Of a stretch of DNA of 64,000 nt, positions 1 to 12,790 are shown in pieces. Every line of letters starts with the position of its first letter. The first letter of the stretch is position 1. Source of the DNA: Eledone cirrhosa (taxonomy: Eukaryota); the NCBI GenBank assembly GCA_964016885.1, contig OZ024743.1, positions 172,484,001 to 172,548,000 on the forward strand. Direction: 5' to 3'. The notes beneath the pieces were generated by a model. It searched no databases and had not been told where the DNA came from. It saw only the letters and a list, made by a program, of their open reading frames with translations. The position numbers and the translations under genes were made by a program.

Positions 1-135
1 AAAAGGACACTCTTCGACAAACCTACATTTGGCGCAAAATCAATTTTTAACATTCACGTGACCTCTACCGACCAATCAAAATTGTTTTACTACAAGAATC
101 TTTGCAACACGAATTGGCGCGAAACTTATAGTACT

Positions 136-870
136 CAATGAATAGATCCGAGCATTTTATATCAACTAGAAATAGATTGACACATATATATATATAAAAT
201 AAACACATGAAACAATCTCAGGGAATAATTTGTAAAGTGTGTAAGCACAAATTATTCCCTGAGATTGTTTCATGTGTTTATTTTATATATATATATATAT
301 ATATATGTGTCAATCTATTTCTAGTTGATATAAAATGCTCGGATCTATTCATTGGAATCTTTGAGCTTATTCTGCAGTGAATATGGCGCATGTCTCTCAG
401 ACATGACAACCTTAATTTAATTTTGGATATATATACGGCCCCTTGATTGTAGAGCTAATTCAGTTGAATAGACTCGGCTGCTATTTCTAGCTGTCGATAG
501 TCCTATTCACGCTACTGGGATGGCGCGGTGCGATGTCTGTATTTTTTATAAAATGCAACACGTGGTTCGAGTCATTCACAGATTTGCATTTGATGTGTAA
601 ACGCAGATGGTTGGATCTTCTCCTTTGGTGACCATCCGGGATTTGACCGTTGTGATTTACTGGTTAATTGGTGAAATATATTTTTTATTTAAAGAAATAT
701 ATACAAAGGAGATTAATCGTTTTAAAATGTATCTATATTTGAAGTTCTAATTAAACTTTAATTAGTTACCTACCTAGCTGTGTGCTTACACACTTTACAA
801 ATTAGTTCCTGAGATTGATTCATGTGTTTATTTAAAATATATATATGTGTCAATCTATTTCTAGTTGATA
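136..870. mobile_element. Non-autonomous PLE-type repeat: inverted head (136-233/247-354) plus partial direct repeat (781-870), ending at (TA)n
   Basis: Arms caatgaatagatccgagc...gggaataatttgt and acaaattattccc...ggatctattcattg are reverse complements. 781-870 repeats the arm including the loop sequence. This inverted-plus-tandem layout is typical of PLE ends. Confidence 0.55.
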
Positions 871-884
871 CATATATATATATG

Positions 885-1860
885 AGAGTATTGAAGTTTG
901 CTTGAAGCATTGTGGAATAATAAGGTATATTTCTTTAAGTCGTTTGGAAGCCTCGACAATGCAGATGGGTAAATCTACGGGTAACAAGATCCGGTGGTGG
1001 AGAGAGAGAGATGTAAGTGAGTGTACGTTGAGATGTGTAGCGTGTAGAAGAATGTAGGAAAGAGCGTAAAGGATAAAAATAAAAATAATAACACGAGATA
1101 GAGTTACCTTGGGAGAGATTTAATTGTCCCTATATTCACATCCATCAACTGTGGTGTTTTTCCGGGGGGGGGGAGGTTGTCTGTCGGAAAGGTGCGAAAC
1201 GTGTCCTCCGCTGTTCGTTGTTTTTAATATCTGAGGTATTCAGCAGAGCGCGCGTGCGCGTGAAATGGGGTCGGTCAATCAGAGGTCGGCGGTCGAAATA
1301 GTTCTTTCGATTGTGGGAGTGGGGTGGCGCTAGCTGTCAGTCCATAGTATTCTCTGCCTGTTTGGTGAATTTTACTGTGTGTTTGCGTGTGTTGTTGTCT
1401 CGCTTGAGTGTGTGTGTGCGTGTGTTGTTGCCTTGTTCGTCTGTATTGGCAGTTTAGTATGTTCGTATGGTGGAATGCTACTGTGTGTGTGTGTGTGCGT
1501 GTGTTGCTGTCTCGCTTGTGTGTGTGTGTGCGTGTGTTGCTACATCGTTTGTTTACTTAAACCAACCACCTCATTTCGCTTCTCTCGGATCGGTTGTTTA
1601 TTTGTGGCCCTAGGCGTTTGATCCAAAGTGCTTCCTTGATTCGTAATGTGCCGACGTTTCTTTCTGTCGCTAGAATTGTGACAATGAGCCTTCCGTCTTT
1701 CTACATTCTTCTACATTTCTACATTTTTCTACACGCTACATTCTTCTAAACGCTACACATCTCAACGTACACTCACTTACATCTCTCTCTCTCCACCACC
1801 GGATCTTGTTACCCGGAGATTGACCCATCTGCATTGTCGAGGCTTCCAAACGACTTAAAG

Positions 1861-1865
<5 letters not shown>
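885..1865. repeat. PLE pLTR-like family with inverted arms (~925-1055 vs ~1735-1865); related copy at 3533-4027
   Basis: ctacattcttc...cacttacatctctctctctccaccaccggatcttgttaccc...aaacgacttaaagaaata is the reverse complement of 925-1055, and the same sequence recurs at 3533-4027. Flanked by (TA)n. Confidence 0.6.
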
Positions 1866-1895
<30 letters not shown>

Positions 1896-2159
1896 AAAAT
1901 ATAAAAATATAAAATATAAAATAAACATACGTACACATCCACATACACATACACACGTATATAAAAACATGCATACAACCAAATATACAAAACCTACGTA
2001 CAAACGTATACACATGCGTGTGTGCACTCGCACGTAATAAGAAATCAACACACGCATACAAAACCATACGTAAGACTATACAGACAAAAACAAAAGCATA
2101 TATACAACCGCATACACACAACTATATACGTAAACACATACATAGAACCATTTAATACC

Positions 2160-2591
2160 AAATGTAATACCAAATCCATTGTGTATGAGGCCAAATTGAC
2201 ACTTATGATTAATAACCAGCCAGCCAGGAGTGAACGATATGTTGGCATGACTCAGGACAGATTCAAAACCAGGTATTATGCACATGTCGCTTCTTTTAAA
2301 CACCCTGAAAAAAGAACAGCAACGGCGCTTGCAAATAAAGTGTGGGAATTCAAAGACAAAAACATTCCGTACACTATTGATTGGTCTATTTTAGACCATT
2401 CAAGAGAATACCAAAGGGACACAAAGAAATGTTCTTTGTGCACCACGGAAAAATTTAGAATTGTCCAAAACTTGAAAGCTCCTTCCACTTGCCTCAACTC
2501 CAAGACCGAGATCTTCAGATGTTGTCCACATCTGAAATCGCATCTACTTTTTAACAGGATTGACATTCCTACGATGACTCAACCACCTTGA
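2160..2591 (+). pseudogene. PLE GIY-YIG endonuclease 3' fragment
   Basis: IVYEAK..ERYVGMT..FKTRYYAH..SF..TALANKVW..K..YTIDWSI..CSLCTTEK..LN..CPH: GIY-YIG plus the CCHH motif of PLEs. Confidence 0.85.
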
Positions 2592-3039
2592 GCTTCTTCT
2601 TTACTCATTACGCCTTCCACTCACCACGAATATTATTACCCTATGAACTCACACTTCTTACCCATATATACTTTTTCTCCCTCATCTCCTTCTATATCTC
2701 TTTATATTTATTATTTTTTTCCTATTATTTAAATTTTTTTCAGTTGACTTATAATCCCCCACTACGTTCTACCTTACCCTTTACACATACACATCCACCA
2801 CCTTTATCCTTTACTCAGTTCACTCTTTAACCAGATACTCTTATCTAGATCTCATCGCAAACATTTTACAACACTTTTTTCCCTTACCTATTCTTAATAA
2901 TTGTGTGGATTATTTCAATTTTACTCCCCTTTTGTCCTTACTTACCCACTAGGTTTTTATGTTCTCACATAGGGCTGTGTGCGGGCGCATTTACAGACAG
3001 GCTCATGTGTACATACATTTATAGTATTTTGATTATTTA

Positions 3040-3079
3040 TTTGTACGTGTGTGCGTATGTGTGTATGTGTGCGTGTATG

Positions 3080-3110
<31 letters not shown>

Positions 3111-3195
3111 ATGCATGTGTACGTATGTATGTGTGTGTGTATGTATGTGTGTATATGTATATATATATATATAAATGAGGGTGTATGTATTTGTA

Positions 3196-3280
<85 letters not shown>

Positions 3281-3315
3281 GTGCGTGTGTGTGTATGTGT
3301 TTGTATATATATATA

Positions 3316-3363
<48 letters not shown>

Positions 3364-3525
3364 CATTTGTGTATGTGGTTTTATACGTGTGTATGAGTAT
3401 TTGTGCATGTTTTTGTGTGTGTGTGCGTGTGTATGTATGTATATGTGTATACATATATATATATGTATATATATATTTTATATATATATACATATATATA
3501 TATATATTTTATATATATATGTTGA
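3040..3525. repeat. Compound (TA)n/(TG)n microsatellite
   Basis: Directly visible; it generates the YI/CV-repeat ORFs. Confidence 0.95.
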
Positions 3526-3532
3526 TGTATCG

Positions 3533-3863
3533 TGTGTAGAGGAACGTAGGAAAGAGCGTATAAATAAAAATAATAACACGAGATAGAGTTACCTTGGGAG
3601 AGATTTAAGTGTCCCTATATTTCGGGTTTCGCATCCATCAACTGGGGGGTTGTCCGCCATTTGTGTGTAACACACAAACAGCGACAACAGAGGCCACATA
3701 CCGTTCCTCTCCGACAGATAACTTTCCCCCTCAGAACCCCCCCCCCCCCCCGCCAGTTGAGGGATGCGAAATCCGAAATATAGGAACAATTAAATCTCTC
3801 CCAAGGTAACTCTCTCTCGTGTTATTATTTTTAATTTTACGCTCTTTCCTACTTTCCTCTACA
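3533..3863. repeat. Fold-back (inverted pLTR) structure
   Basis: gtaggaaagagcgta...ccttgggagagatttaa..cctatatttcgggtttcgcatcc pairs with ggatgcgaaatccgaaatatagg..ttaaatctctcccaagg...tacgctctttcctac. Confidence 0.85.
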
Positions 3864-4026
3864 CACTATACATCTCATTCTACATCTCCTCTTACATCTC
3901 TCTCTTCACCACCGGATTCTGTTACCTGGAGATTACCATTCTGTTACCCATCTGCATTGTTGAGGCTTTCAAAGCGACCAATTTCTTTATTATTCCACAA
4001 TGCTTCAAGCAAACTTCAATACTCTC

Positions 4027-4076
<50 letters not shown>

Positions 4077-4501
4077 TATTGTGAATCGGAATTTCGGCCC
4101 ACGAAATAACGAAACACAATCTTCGAAATCCGTGGCAAAGGGCTCAATAGTTTGGATAAACTAGAGCTATAACTATCGTTTAAATACCAACACACAGAGA
4201 TAATGCTTAAAATCACTCGCACAGCCGAAAAAAACGACCAAGAAAATTCGGGTCAGACAAATAGTAATATAAATGAATGAAAAATCTTTACCCGCTAGAA
4301 TGATGGTAAATTCCAGCTTTTTGGTTTCTGCGGCTCCTAAATCAGTTACCGTCAGCTTACATAAAAAATATTCGGCTTCTGGTAGAAAGATGAACGAGAA
4401 AAACCACTTTCTCAACAGGCATTTCGTTCAAATATATATATATATACCGTTTCTGAATTTGTTTAGCAAGATTCTTTATCTGAAAACGTGTGTTGAAACC
4501 G

Positions 4502-4821
4502 ATATTGTTATACTTTCGGAGGGTCATGTTGTCAATAAGAAACACACGCACCAGTTGCTTTTACTTCAATTTATTACAATAAATTTATAAATTTAAGAAT
4601 TTATAAATTTCCGGTTGGTTGGTTTCACAACCAGATGATTGTTTATATATTGTCAAAGTTCTTTCGTCACACATTCTGTGACCTCTTCAATGACTGGGGG
4701 TTCTTTTCTTTGTTTTTGTGCCTCTCCTAAATTTATAAATTTATTGTAATAAATTGAAGTGAAAGCAACTGGTGCGTGTGTTTCTTATTGGCAACATGAC
4801 CCTCCCAAAGTATAACAATAT
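4502..4821 (-). mobile_element. Non-autonomous PLE/pLTR with ~93-bp inverted arms; related copy at 28424-29278
   Basis: 4502-4594 and 4729-4821 are reverse complements, with a hammerhead in the spacer. Adjacent to (TA)n. A homologous arrangement occurs at 28424-29278. Confidence 0.7.
4652..4694 (-). ncRNA. Minimal type-I hammerhead ribozyme (variant core)
   Basis: Minus strand: gtca TTGAAGA g gtcaca-gaatg-tgtgac GAAA gaac TT tgac. Stems I and II pair. Confidence 0.6.
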
Positions 4822-4854
4822 ATATATATATATATATATTGTTGTGTACATAAA

Positions 4855-6158
4855 TCTATGACTGATGCATCTAGGCACATCTTCAGTAATGTGTCTGGCA
4901 TCATCGGGTATTTCCGGTCTTTCTACATCATACACCCTTCTTCAGGTGACCCAGCTGGGGCTGATGAGACCCCATCTAGCTACCATGACTCCATGGCTCT
5001 CCTCTTTTGATCCACAGCCATCTTGAGGCCCTCTCTGCCGCATCGGTGGTACTGCGGATGGCCTTCCTCCTTCTCACTCTCTCGATGCCCAAACTGCTGA
5101 AGGCTCTGGTCGGGGAACGGGCTGCGAAACCCCTGCATCCAACCTCCACTGGGAGACACCTCGCTCTCCAACCAGCCCGCTGACAGTCACTGACCAGAAC
5201 CGCGTACTTGGAGAGCTTTCTATCAAAGGCTTCTTCCAGGCGATCTTCCCATGGGACAGTCAACTCCAGCAGCACTACTTGCTTGGTGGACTCAGACACG
5301 AGGACAATGTCTGGTTGCAGGGTCGTGACCGCAATGTGGCCAGGGAACTTCAGCTCAAGGTCCACCAATAGCTGCCAGTCTCTTGCAGATGTTAGGATGC
5401 CCGCCGATGTTTTCCTGACATGGATTGCCTGCTCCCCAGCTCTGACAAAGGCGATGGTTTTCTTAGAGGGTCGGAACCGCATCGCCAACACAAGTCCTGC
5501 GCTGGTGGCTTCAGCGATGGTCTTAAGGACATGGTCATGCTTCCAGTGGTACAGTCCTTCTCCAAGTACCCATGTGCTGCAGCTGAGGATGTGTTCCAGG
5601 GTTCCTAGCTTGGAGCACAACGCACATGCTGGTGTCTCTGCTATGCCCCATGTGTGCAGGTTTGATGGGCTTGGAAGCACATCATACACTGCCTGGATGA
5701 GGAATTTAATGCAGTGAGGCTCGGCTTTCCACAGCTCAGCCCAGGTCACATTCCTCTCAACCGCATTCTCCCATCATGTCCAAGCTTCCTGTTGCTTCAT
5801 TCCTACTGCCTTGCAAGTTCTCATTTCCACCACTGCAGCTCTTACCTCCTCCTGAACAAGGCGGCGCCCTTCCTTCCCGCTGGTGTTCGTTTGGGGAGTC
5901 GGAAAGGAGCTTAGCCCAGCTCTGCCTCGTGTGACCACTCCCACAAATCTCCTTTGGCGCAGCTTTGCCTCTGCCTCATGAACTGCGTCCTCTGCCCTCC
6001 ACTTCCTGTCAGTCCTCACTTGGATCCCTGCTTTAGCCACCTTCAGATCACAAGAGTCCCTGTACTGGACCACTTCTCTGGCTCTAGTCACCTTGAACTC
6101 CTCCTCCAATGATTTGAAGGGCAATTGCAGTTTGCTGTTGTTACCGTAGAGCGCAATG

Positions 6159-6161
<3 letters not shown>
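4855..6161 (-). mobile_element. 5'-truncated restriction-like-endonuclease (RLE) LINE, Hero-like
   Basis: CALCSKLGTLEHILSC zinc knuckle; PDIVLV..VVLLELTVPWE..KLSKY..PVEVGCRGF RLE. One in-frame TGA at 5774 joins ORFs 5774-6160 and 4976-5749. Flanked by (TA)n on both sides. Clade assignment is from memory of the motifs. Confidence 0.8.
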
Positions 6162-6211
<50 letters not shown>

Positions 6212-7019
6212 GAACTTGTCACCTCGTGTAAACACGGAATATATAGGACATATCTTACCTTCAAACCCCCTCACGACCCGGGTGGGTAGACCTCGACTGT
6301 ATCTTTTTTCCTATTTACAAACTAAGATAGAGGAGACCCCAAGCATACTTAGGTAGGAGTAGAATTTTTTCTTTTTTTTTCTTTTTTTTCTTCATTACTT
6401 ACACACTCTAATTACACTTAGGTGGATTATTGCTTATCTACACTATTATATTCAGTTTCCATTCTTCCTTAGGTTAGCCTAAATATCTTCACTACTGTTA
6501 AATACATACACATAGCCATGTCTTTTTACGGGGGGAGGGGGGGGGGGGTTATCATCATGGAACATAATATTGAAAAATTACTACATTGAGGTGCCGTTCT
6601 AGTGCATTAGAGTAACTAATTCTATTAATTAGGAATTTTAATTAATATTAAATTATATTTGCTTTGCTCTTTAGCCAATTGTGAGACCTGGCATACTCTT
6701 ATTCACCCTACAATATTCCTTGTTTCTCGTATGTTCTTACTCCCTTTAGAAATAGCTGTAAAGAATTCTCTCTTAACGCATAACCGGCCTGGCATCCACA
6801 GGTCAGAATGTCATCTTACTCCCTCTCCTTTGTTCTACGTCAATGTAAACTTTAGGCAAAATAACACAAATATAAATACGACGTCAAACGTAACTTTGAG
6901 GAATACATCAAATAGTAATGTAAATCTAGAAACCTTAGCACCTCCTTTAGTTAATTCCACCACTCCAGTACCTAATATAATTAACCCTGGGCCACTTTCC
7001 AATAACACTGTAAATAATC

Positions 7020-7459
7020 TTAATCATAAATGCAACTGCCCTATTAGAACTAATTGTCCTCTTAGTAATTTCTGTCTCGATAAAAACCTAGTATATGAAT
7101 GTAAAGTGGTAACTCGTACCAATACCTATAGCTACATTGGCTCTACTTCTACCTCTTTTAAAGCAAGATTCTATAATCACTCTTCTTCATTTAAATATCC
7201 ACTTAAAAGGACCAGCACCGCACTCTCAGAGCTTTTTTGGTCCTTAAAAGACAAAAACATTAATTACGAAATTTCTTGGCGTAAAATCTACAACGCATCT
7301 CCATACTCCAATGCTTCCATATCTAGTATTTGTAATTTATGTCTAGTTGAAAAATTTACCATTATCTCGAATTTCAACTCTATAATAAATAGAAGAACAG
7401 ATTTATTTGGTCTTTGTAATCATAAATCCTTCAAGACCTTTCACAAAGTATATAGCTAA
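7020..7459 (+). pseudogene. PLE Cys-linker and GIY-YIG endonuclease fragment
   Basis: CNCPIRTNCPLSNFCL..LVYECKV..YSYIGST..FKARFYNH..CNLCLVEK..CNH. Confidence 0.9.
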
Positions 7460-8273
7460 TGTCCTATAACTTTTTCCACGAATAACGGTTAATTTTTTTT
7501 ACACATATTTTTTTACATATATATATTCTTTTTATATATATTTTTTTTTTACACATATTTCATTATATTCTACAATGTATTAATTTAGTTTTCTCAGCAT
7601 ATTTTAAGCCTTTGACCTTTTTTCGATAGCCTTAAATGTTCGCTCAAACCTTCATAGATTTTGTAAACAAACTATGACGTCATATGTGTGTCTACGTTTA
7701 TAAATCATTCTAGCAATTTCCTTTATTTACTTGTTGATATTAAATAATAATTAAATAGTATACCCCACATATATGGATTTTTAACAGAAATTTTTAATTT
7801 TGGCATAGATAGACTATTTTTATTTTATTTTTATTTATTTTATATAAAAATCTTTTTTATACTTATTTTAATTTAATTTTATTTTATTTTATTAATACAT
7901 TTTTACACTTCTTAATCCAAGTTTTAGTATTTAAACCCAATATAAAATAATATACCCAGTTTCTATATTTTAGACCGCTAATATTTCAATACCATCTATA
8001 ATATTCGCACATACACCTCATCAATTTACTTTTTAACCGTTATCTACAGCTGTTTTCATTTTGACAGCGTTCCTGATCAAAAGTCTCTCTCTCTCTTTCT
8101 CTCTCTTCCTTCTTTCTTTTTTCTTCTCCTCACTTTCTTTTTTCTTTTTCTCCTTCTTCTTCTTTTCTTTTTTTCTATTTTCCTATCTTTTTCTTACTAT
8201 TATATTTTCTGTCATATGTAGGTTTTGCACTTTCCTATTTGCAAGTGTTTTTAGGCCTCATATCATGTTACCT

Positions 8274-8338
8274 TATTTTATCTGAACACAATTTTTGTCC
8301 CAGGATGATGTTGTTTTCGAAATGCGCATAATAAAATA
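8274..8338 (+). ncRNA. Degenerate hammerhead in the 3' pLTR of the 7020-7459 PLE
   Basis: tattttat/ataaaata 8-bp stem I; GAAA TGCGCA TA palindromic stem III; stem II gaacacaat/gttgttttc. The CUGANGA core is damaged, apparently by a deletion. Confidence 0.5.
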
Positions 8339-9427
8339 TATGGAACTTCTTTAACCATCTTTTAGTTTCTTTTTAATATATACTCCAGTTCTACCAACTG
8401 TTGAGTGCTACTTATCTGATATATGCATAGTTTTATTGTTCTACAATATTACTCACCTTCTAGATTATATATATTATATATATATATATATATATGGACA
8501 AACCAAGATAACTTCCTAATATAGATAATTATAGATATTTGATTTAAGTACCTACAACAAGTAGGTGTAAAAGAATAAATACAATTATATACGATTAAAT
8601 AGAGGACGTTAATAGCGAATAAAGATTTAGAAGAGCATAAAACTTTTACATTGTAAAAAAAATACAGACATTTAAAATTAGATAACGAGAAAGCATTTTT
8701 CTTAGATTAAGATGTCTTCGAAAACATTCTTGACTTAAAAAAAATAATGAGCATTGACACAGATTTCTTAAAATACCATAAATACAGAGTGTAATTATGT
8801 CCATGTTAAAAAATATTTTATTACCTTTTCAAACGATCAGATAAACACATTTAAATATATTTAGAAACATCGGTTAAAATTAAAATTTAAAAAAATATTC
8901 TCATGACATGAGAAATATTTTTAGATCGCATTTTTCATAGTTTTATAGGTGAATGAGGAGTCAAATAATTACTTATACATTTAATAACTACAAGTTGAAA
9001 CATCTAAGGACCTTGTTATCACAAACAATTATAAGGAAATACCTTGGTCGATGTGTTTGTTGCTTCGTACTTGCTGTGACAGGCTTCTGACATCCATGGT
9101 ATAAATAAATGTCTCTTTAACACTCGATTCTCTATAAATATAAATTTATTGTCGAAAGCTGAATTTGTGTACACACAATAGAATATCTCGTATAGCAGAT
9201 AGGCCGTAGAAGAACAATTAACTGTTCTATTCCTCCTAACAGGATTATAGTAGTAGTTATCCTGTAGTAGGTCTTTTCATCTTCCTGGTCTGGTTTCTCT
9301 CTAATCGTGTGCAGTGGTTTTCACGAGGAGGCGACAATGTATTCATACGCGACTTACCGGTGGTCTGTTTAACCAAATTGCATATGAAATGTTGCTATTG
9401 CGAGGTATGACGTAGTTCCACTACATC

Positions 9428-9635
9428 TTTATACCAGCATAGCAATGTAGTTTTATGCCATGATATCAAAAATAGATTTATATTTTGATATCAATAAAAG
9501 ATTTATATTAAGATAGCAACAGTAGTTTTATAATATGATATAAAAGATAGCTTTATACCATGATATCAAAGGCAGTTTGATATTATATCAAAGGTAGTAT
9601 TATACGTTGAGATTAAAGATAGTTTGATTCCACCA
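9428..9635. repeat. Degenerate ~24-25 bp minisatellite
   Basis: Recurring tttatRccatgatatcaaaRRtag-like units. Confidence 0.7.
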
Positions 9636-9729
9636 AATATATTTTTACCTTATAAAACACAATTGCTACAGAAGGTAATTTTACACAATATTATGTTTAA
9701 TATCAAAAGACCAATAATCAGAATGATAC

Positions 9730-9906
9730 ACTTTCTAATCGAGGCACAAGGCCAGAAATTTTGGAGAAATTCATTAATATCGACCGCGGAAAGATGAAAA
9801 GTAAAGTTGACTGTGGCTGGTTTTGAATTCAGAACGTAGATGGCCCTAAGAAAATGCTACAATACATTTCATCAAGGGATCTAACGACTCTGTCCATCAA
9901 CCGCCC
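9730..9906 (-). mobile_element. Degenerate tRNA-derived SINE (same family as 16079-16505)
   Basis: ggcacaaggccag..tcgacc..aagatgaaaagtaaagttgac..tttgaattcagaacgta..ccgccc matches the reverse complement of the SINE. Confidence 0.7.
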
Positions 9907-10149
9907 TTAAGATTGTGAACAGAATGACAGAAAAAAGTGTTCAGAATGTAAACAGTCGAATCTAATATCACGAAGCATTTTGACTGAAGCTCTAATGATT
10001 CTGCCATTCCCTTGCCCTATAATCAGAATAATTTGAAAAGTAGTTTTATTGCCACACATCTTTTTTTTTAAGATTTCATCGGTTTCCACTACTGAGATAA
10101 AGAAAAGAAATTTTCCTCATACGGAGGATGCTTGAAACAAAGTGGAAAT

Positions 10150-10260
10150 CATCATCATCATATCAGTGGGTAATTTCTTTACCCACTTATTCACGAGAGG
10201 GTTGAGGAATCAGAGTCCTCAGACACGCCTTCCTAAGGGTCCTATCAGAAGTAATTACCT
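10150..10260 (-). mobile_element. Short 3' end of the RTE family seen at 29274-30287
   Basis: ccacttattc..cagagtcctca.acac.ccttcc.aagggtcct.tcagaa matches 29284-29351; (ATC)n tail. Confidence 0.55.
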
Positions 10261-10912
10261 CATATCTATATATATGTGTGTGCGTGTGTGTGTGTGTATG
10301 TGTGTACGTTCATTTATTATGGTTAAGTGTAGAACGTTATGACTCTGAAGTTTCCCCTGCGCACTTACATAATCATCAGACAAATCTCTTGTATGATGAT
10401 CCTGTGAGTGCGCAGGTGAAACACGAGAATAACGAGGTTCCCTACTTAGCTATGGTGGAGGTGGGAATAAGTTACTGAAATACTGATTTTTTGGTAAATC
10501 TCTACCCCCCGATACTTAATGCGCTAGTAAAGTATAGGCATATTTATTCTATTATAGCAATGACTTCTACAGGACTAGAACTGTTTCATTCGTAAGATAT
10601 AAATACATATATATATATATTTGTGAGTGTGTGTGTGTGTGTCATCGTATATGGTGAATGTATACTACACTGTAAGAAACTCTTTGCTAGTGTCTGTAAA
10701 GCATTTACACGAAAAGAAAAAGGAAACAGTTTCGAACCGTGTTTACAACGTATGTTTGTTTGTGTACATGTTTTTATGTGTGCATGTATATATACATAAA
10801 GGAAATCACACATAAGCTTACATGCACACACATATTCATCCATAGAGTTAGCAGGCAATATGGCAGCCAAAGAACGGACGAACAGAAGGAAAAGAAATAA
10901 TGGAAATTACAA

Positions 10913-11143
10913 ACGAACAACCATAGCAAATATACAATTAGATTCAATATGGTGTTAGACGGGAGCCAAACGTCAAAAGTATTAACATGACGATTTAAGA
11001 CCTTTGTGACATCTACTCCAATTATAATGACGAAATTGGAGTAGATGTCACAAAGGTCTTAATTCTTCATGTTAATACTTTTGGCGTTTGACTCCCGTCT
11101 AACACCATATTGAATCTGATTGCATATTTGCTATGGCTGTTCG
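10913..11143. repeat. ~230-bp near-perfect hairpin abutting the truncated 5' end of a CRE element
   Basis: acgaacaaccatagcaaata...catctactccaatt, short loop, aattggagtagatg...tatttgctatggctgttcgt. Confidence 0.9.
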
Positions 11144-12790
11144 TGCTGCTGATACGTTCATACCCTCGGCTACTGGGGTCCAACAGGGCGACCCTTTGGG
11201 ACCCTTCCTGTCCGCCCTTGGTATTGACCACATCGCCCGGAGTATCACAGCCCCTCTCAACGTTTGGTTTCTGGATGATGCTACGTTGGGCGGGCCCATA
11301 GGGACGGTCTGCCATGACCTTCAATCGGTGGTTCCTGTCCTGGCGGAAATCGGCCTCCAGGTCAACTCGGCCAAGTCGGAGGTGGTGAACGTCAGCCTCG
11401 ATGTTGCGAGCTTTGCAGCCTCCGTCTTGGACGTGCGGTCCATTCTCCGCCAGGTTCAGGTGACCCCCAAAGAGGATGTCCTCATCCTAGGGTCACCGAT
11501 CCACCCGCCGGCCATCCGCTCCACCATCAGGTCCAGGCTTCAACAGCTCCAGACTCTCACGAGCCGACTGGGCTTGATTGACGGCCACCCAGCTCTCTTT
11601 CTGCTGAGGAACTGCTTCGCCATGCCGAAGCTCCTCTACACACTCCGCAGCGCTCCATGCTACACCCAGACATCTCTCCTCGCTGACCTCGATACTTGCA
11701 TCCGAGCAGCAGCCGAGGGGATATGCAACGTCAAGTTTGACGACATAGGGTGGCAATAGGCCACTTTACCGGTCAGGTATGGCGGCCTTGGCCTCCCGTC
11801 CCCGATCTCACTAGCTTTGCCGGCGTATCTTTCGTCGGTATCCTCGTGCCAGTCCTCGTCAGCAGGGTTCTTCGAAACACAACAGAACCCTCTGTGTTCA
11901 GAGAACGTGAGGCGCCTGTGAGACGTGGGACCGGCTGGGACTTAGCCCAGTAGACGTCCCTCCTCCTTCTCCCCCTGTTGACGTCAAGTCCCCCAACGAA
12001 CTTGGGATGCCATCCAGTGTAGCCTGGCCTCAGACAGGCTCACGCGCTAGCTCGAGCAACACCGCCTTGCTTGTTTTCGTGCGGCCTCCAAACCCCACAG
12101 TGGTGGCTGGCTGTCCTCCTTCTCCACTGGCACGCAGCTAGACAGCCATAGCCTGCGAATCGGCGTTTCCCTGAGGCTCGGCCTCCGGATCTGCCAGCCA
12201 CACCAATGTCGCTGCGGTTCCATCGTGGACTCTTTCGGCCTCCACCCGCTTTCCTGTCGCCACAGTGCCGGCCACATTCCACGCCATGCTGCCCTCAACG
12301 AGGTCATTAAGCATGGTTTGGGCGCTGCATGTTTCCCTTCCCAGCTCGAGCCGGTGGGGTTGGATCGAGGGGACGGCAAAAGGCCAGATGGCATGACCAT
12401 CTTCCCGTTCCGCGATGGCAAACTCTTCGTCTGGGATGCCACTTGCACCGACACTTTCTGCAGCCGCAACCTGGTGCAGTCTGCGACTGATCCAGGTTCT
12501 GCTGCACGTCGGGCTGAGGGGGCCAAACTCCTCAAATACCAATCGCTCTCCGACAGGTTTGCGGTCGTACCCCTGGCAGTGGAGACTTCTGGTGTCCTCG
12601 TCCCCAGGGCTACCTCCTTACTCACCACCATAGGCACTGAGCTGGCCAGCCGTAGGTGTGAGCCCCGCGAGTTGGAGTGGCTTTTCCAGTGCGTCTCCCT
12701 TGCCGTCCTCCGGGGAAACGCCTTCTCCATTCTGTCCGCCGGGGCTGTGGGTGGGCCCCATCGCGTACCAATACATTAGTTAAATACCAT
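11144..12790 (+). mobile_element. 5'-truncated CRE-clade non-LTR retrotransposon (RT + RLE), decayed
   Basis: GVQQGDPLGP, WFLDD, GLQVNSAKSE, LPVRYGGLG, HQCRCG..H.LSC..RHAALN, RPDGMT..WDAT, PLAVET.G; contains stops and frameshifts. Confidence 0.85.

Noticed and set aside
5774-5776. In-frame TGA in the Hero-like ORF as possible recoding
   Set aside because: More simply a nonsense mutation (for example CGA or AGA to TGA) in a truncated copy.
9428-9635. Regularly spaced ~25-bp repeats (CRISPR-like at a glance)
   Set aside because: Head-to-tail degenerate minisatellite with no unique spacers and no cas genes, in a eukaryotic context.
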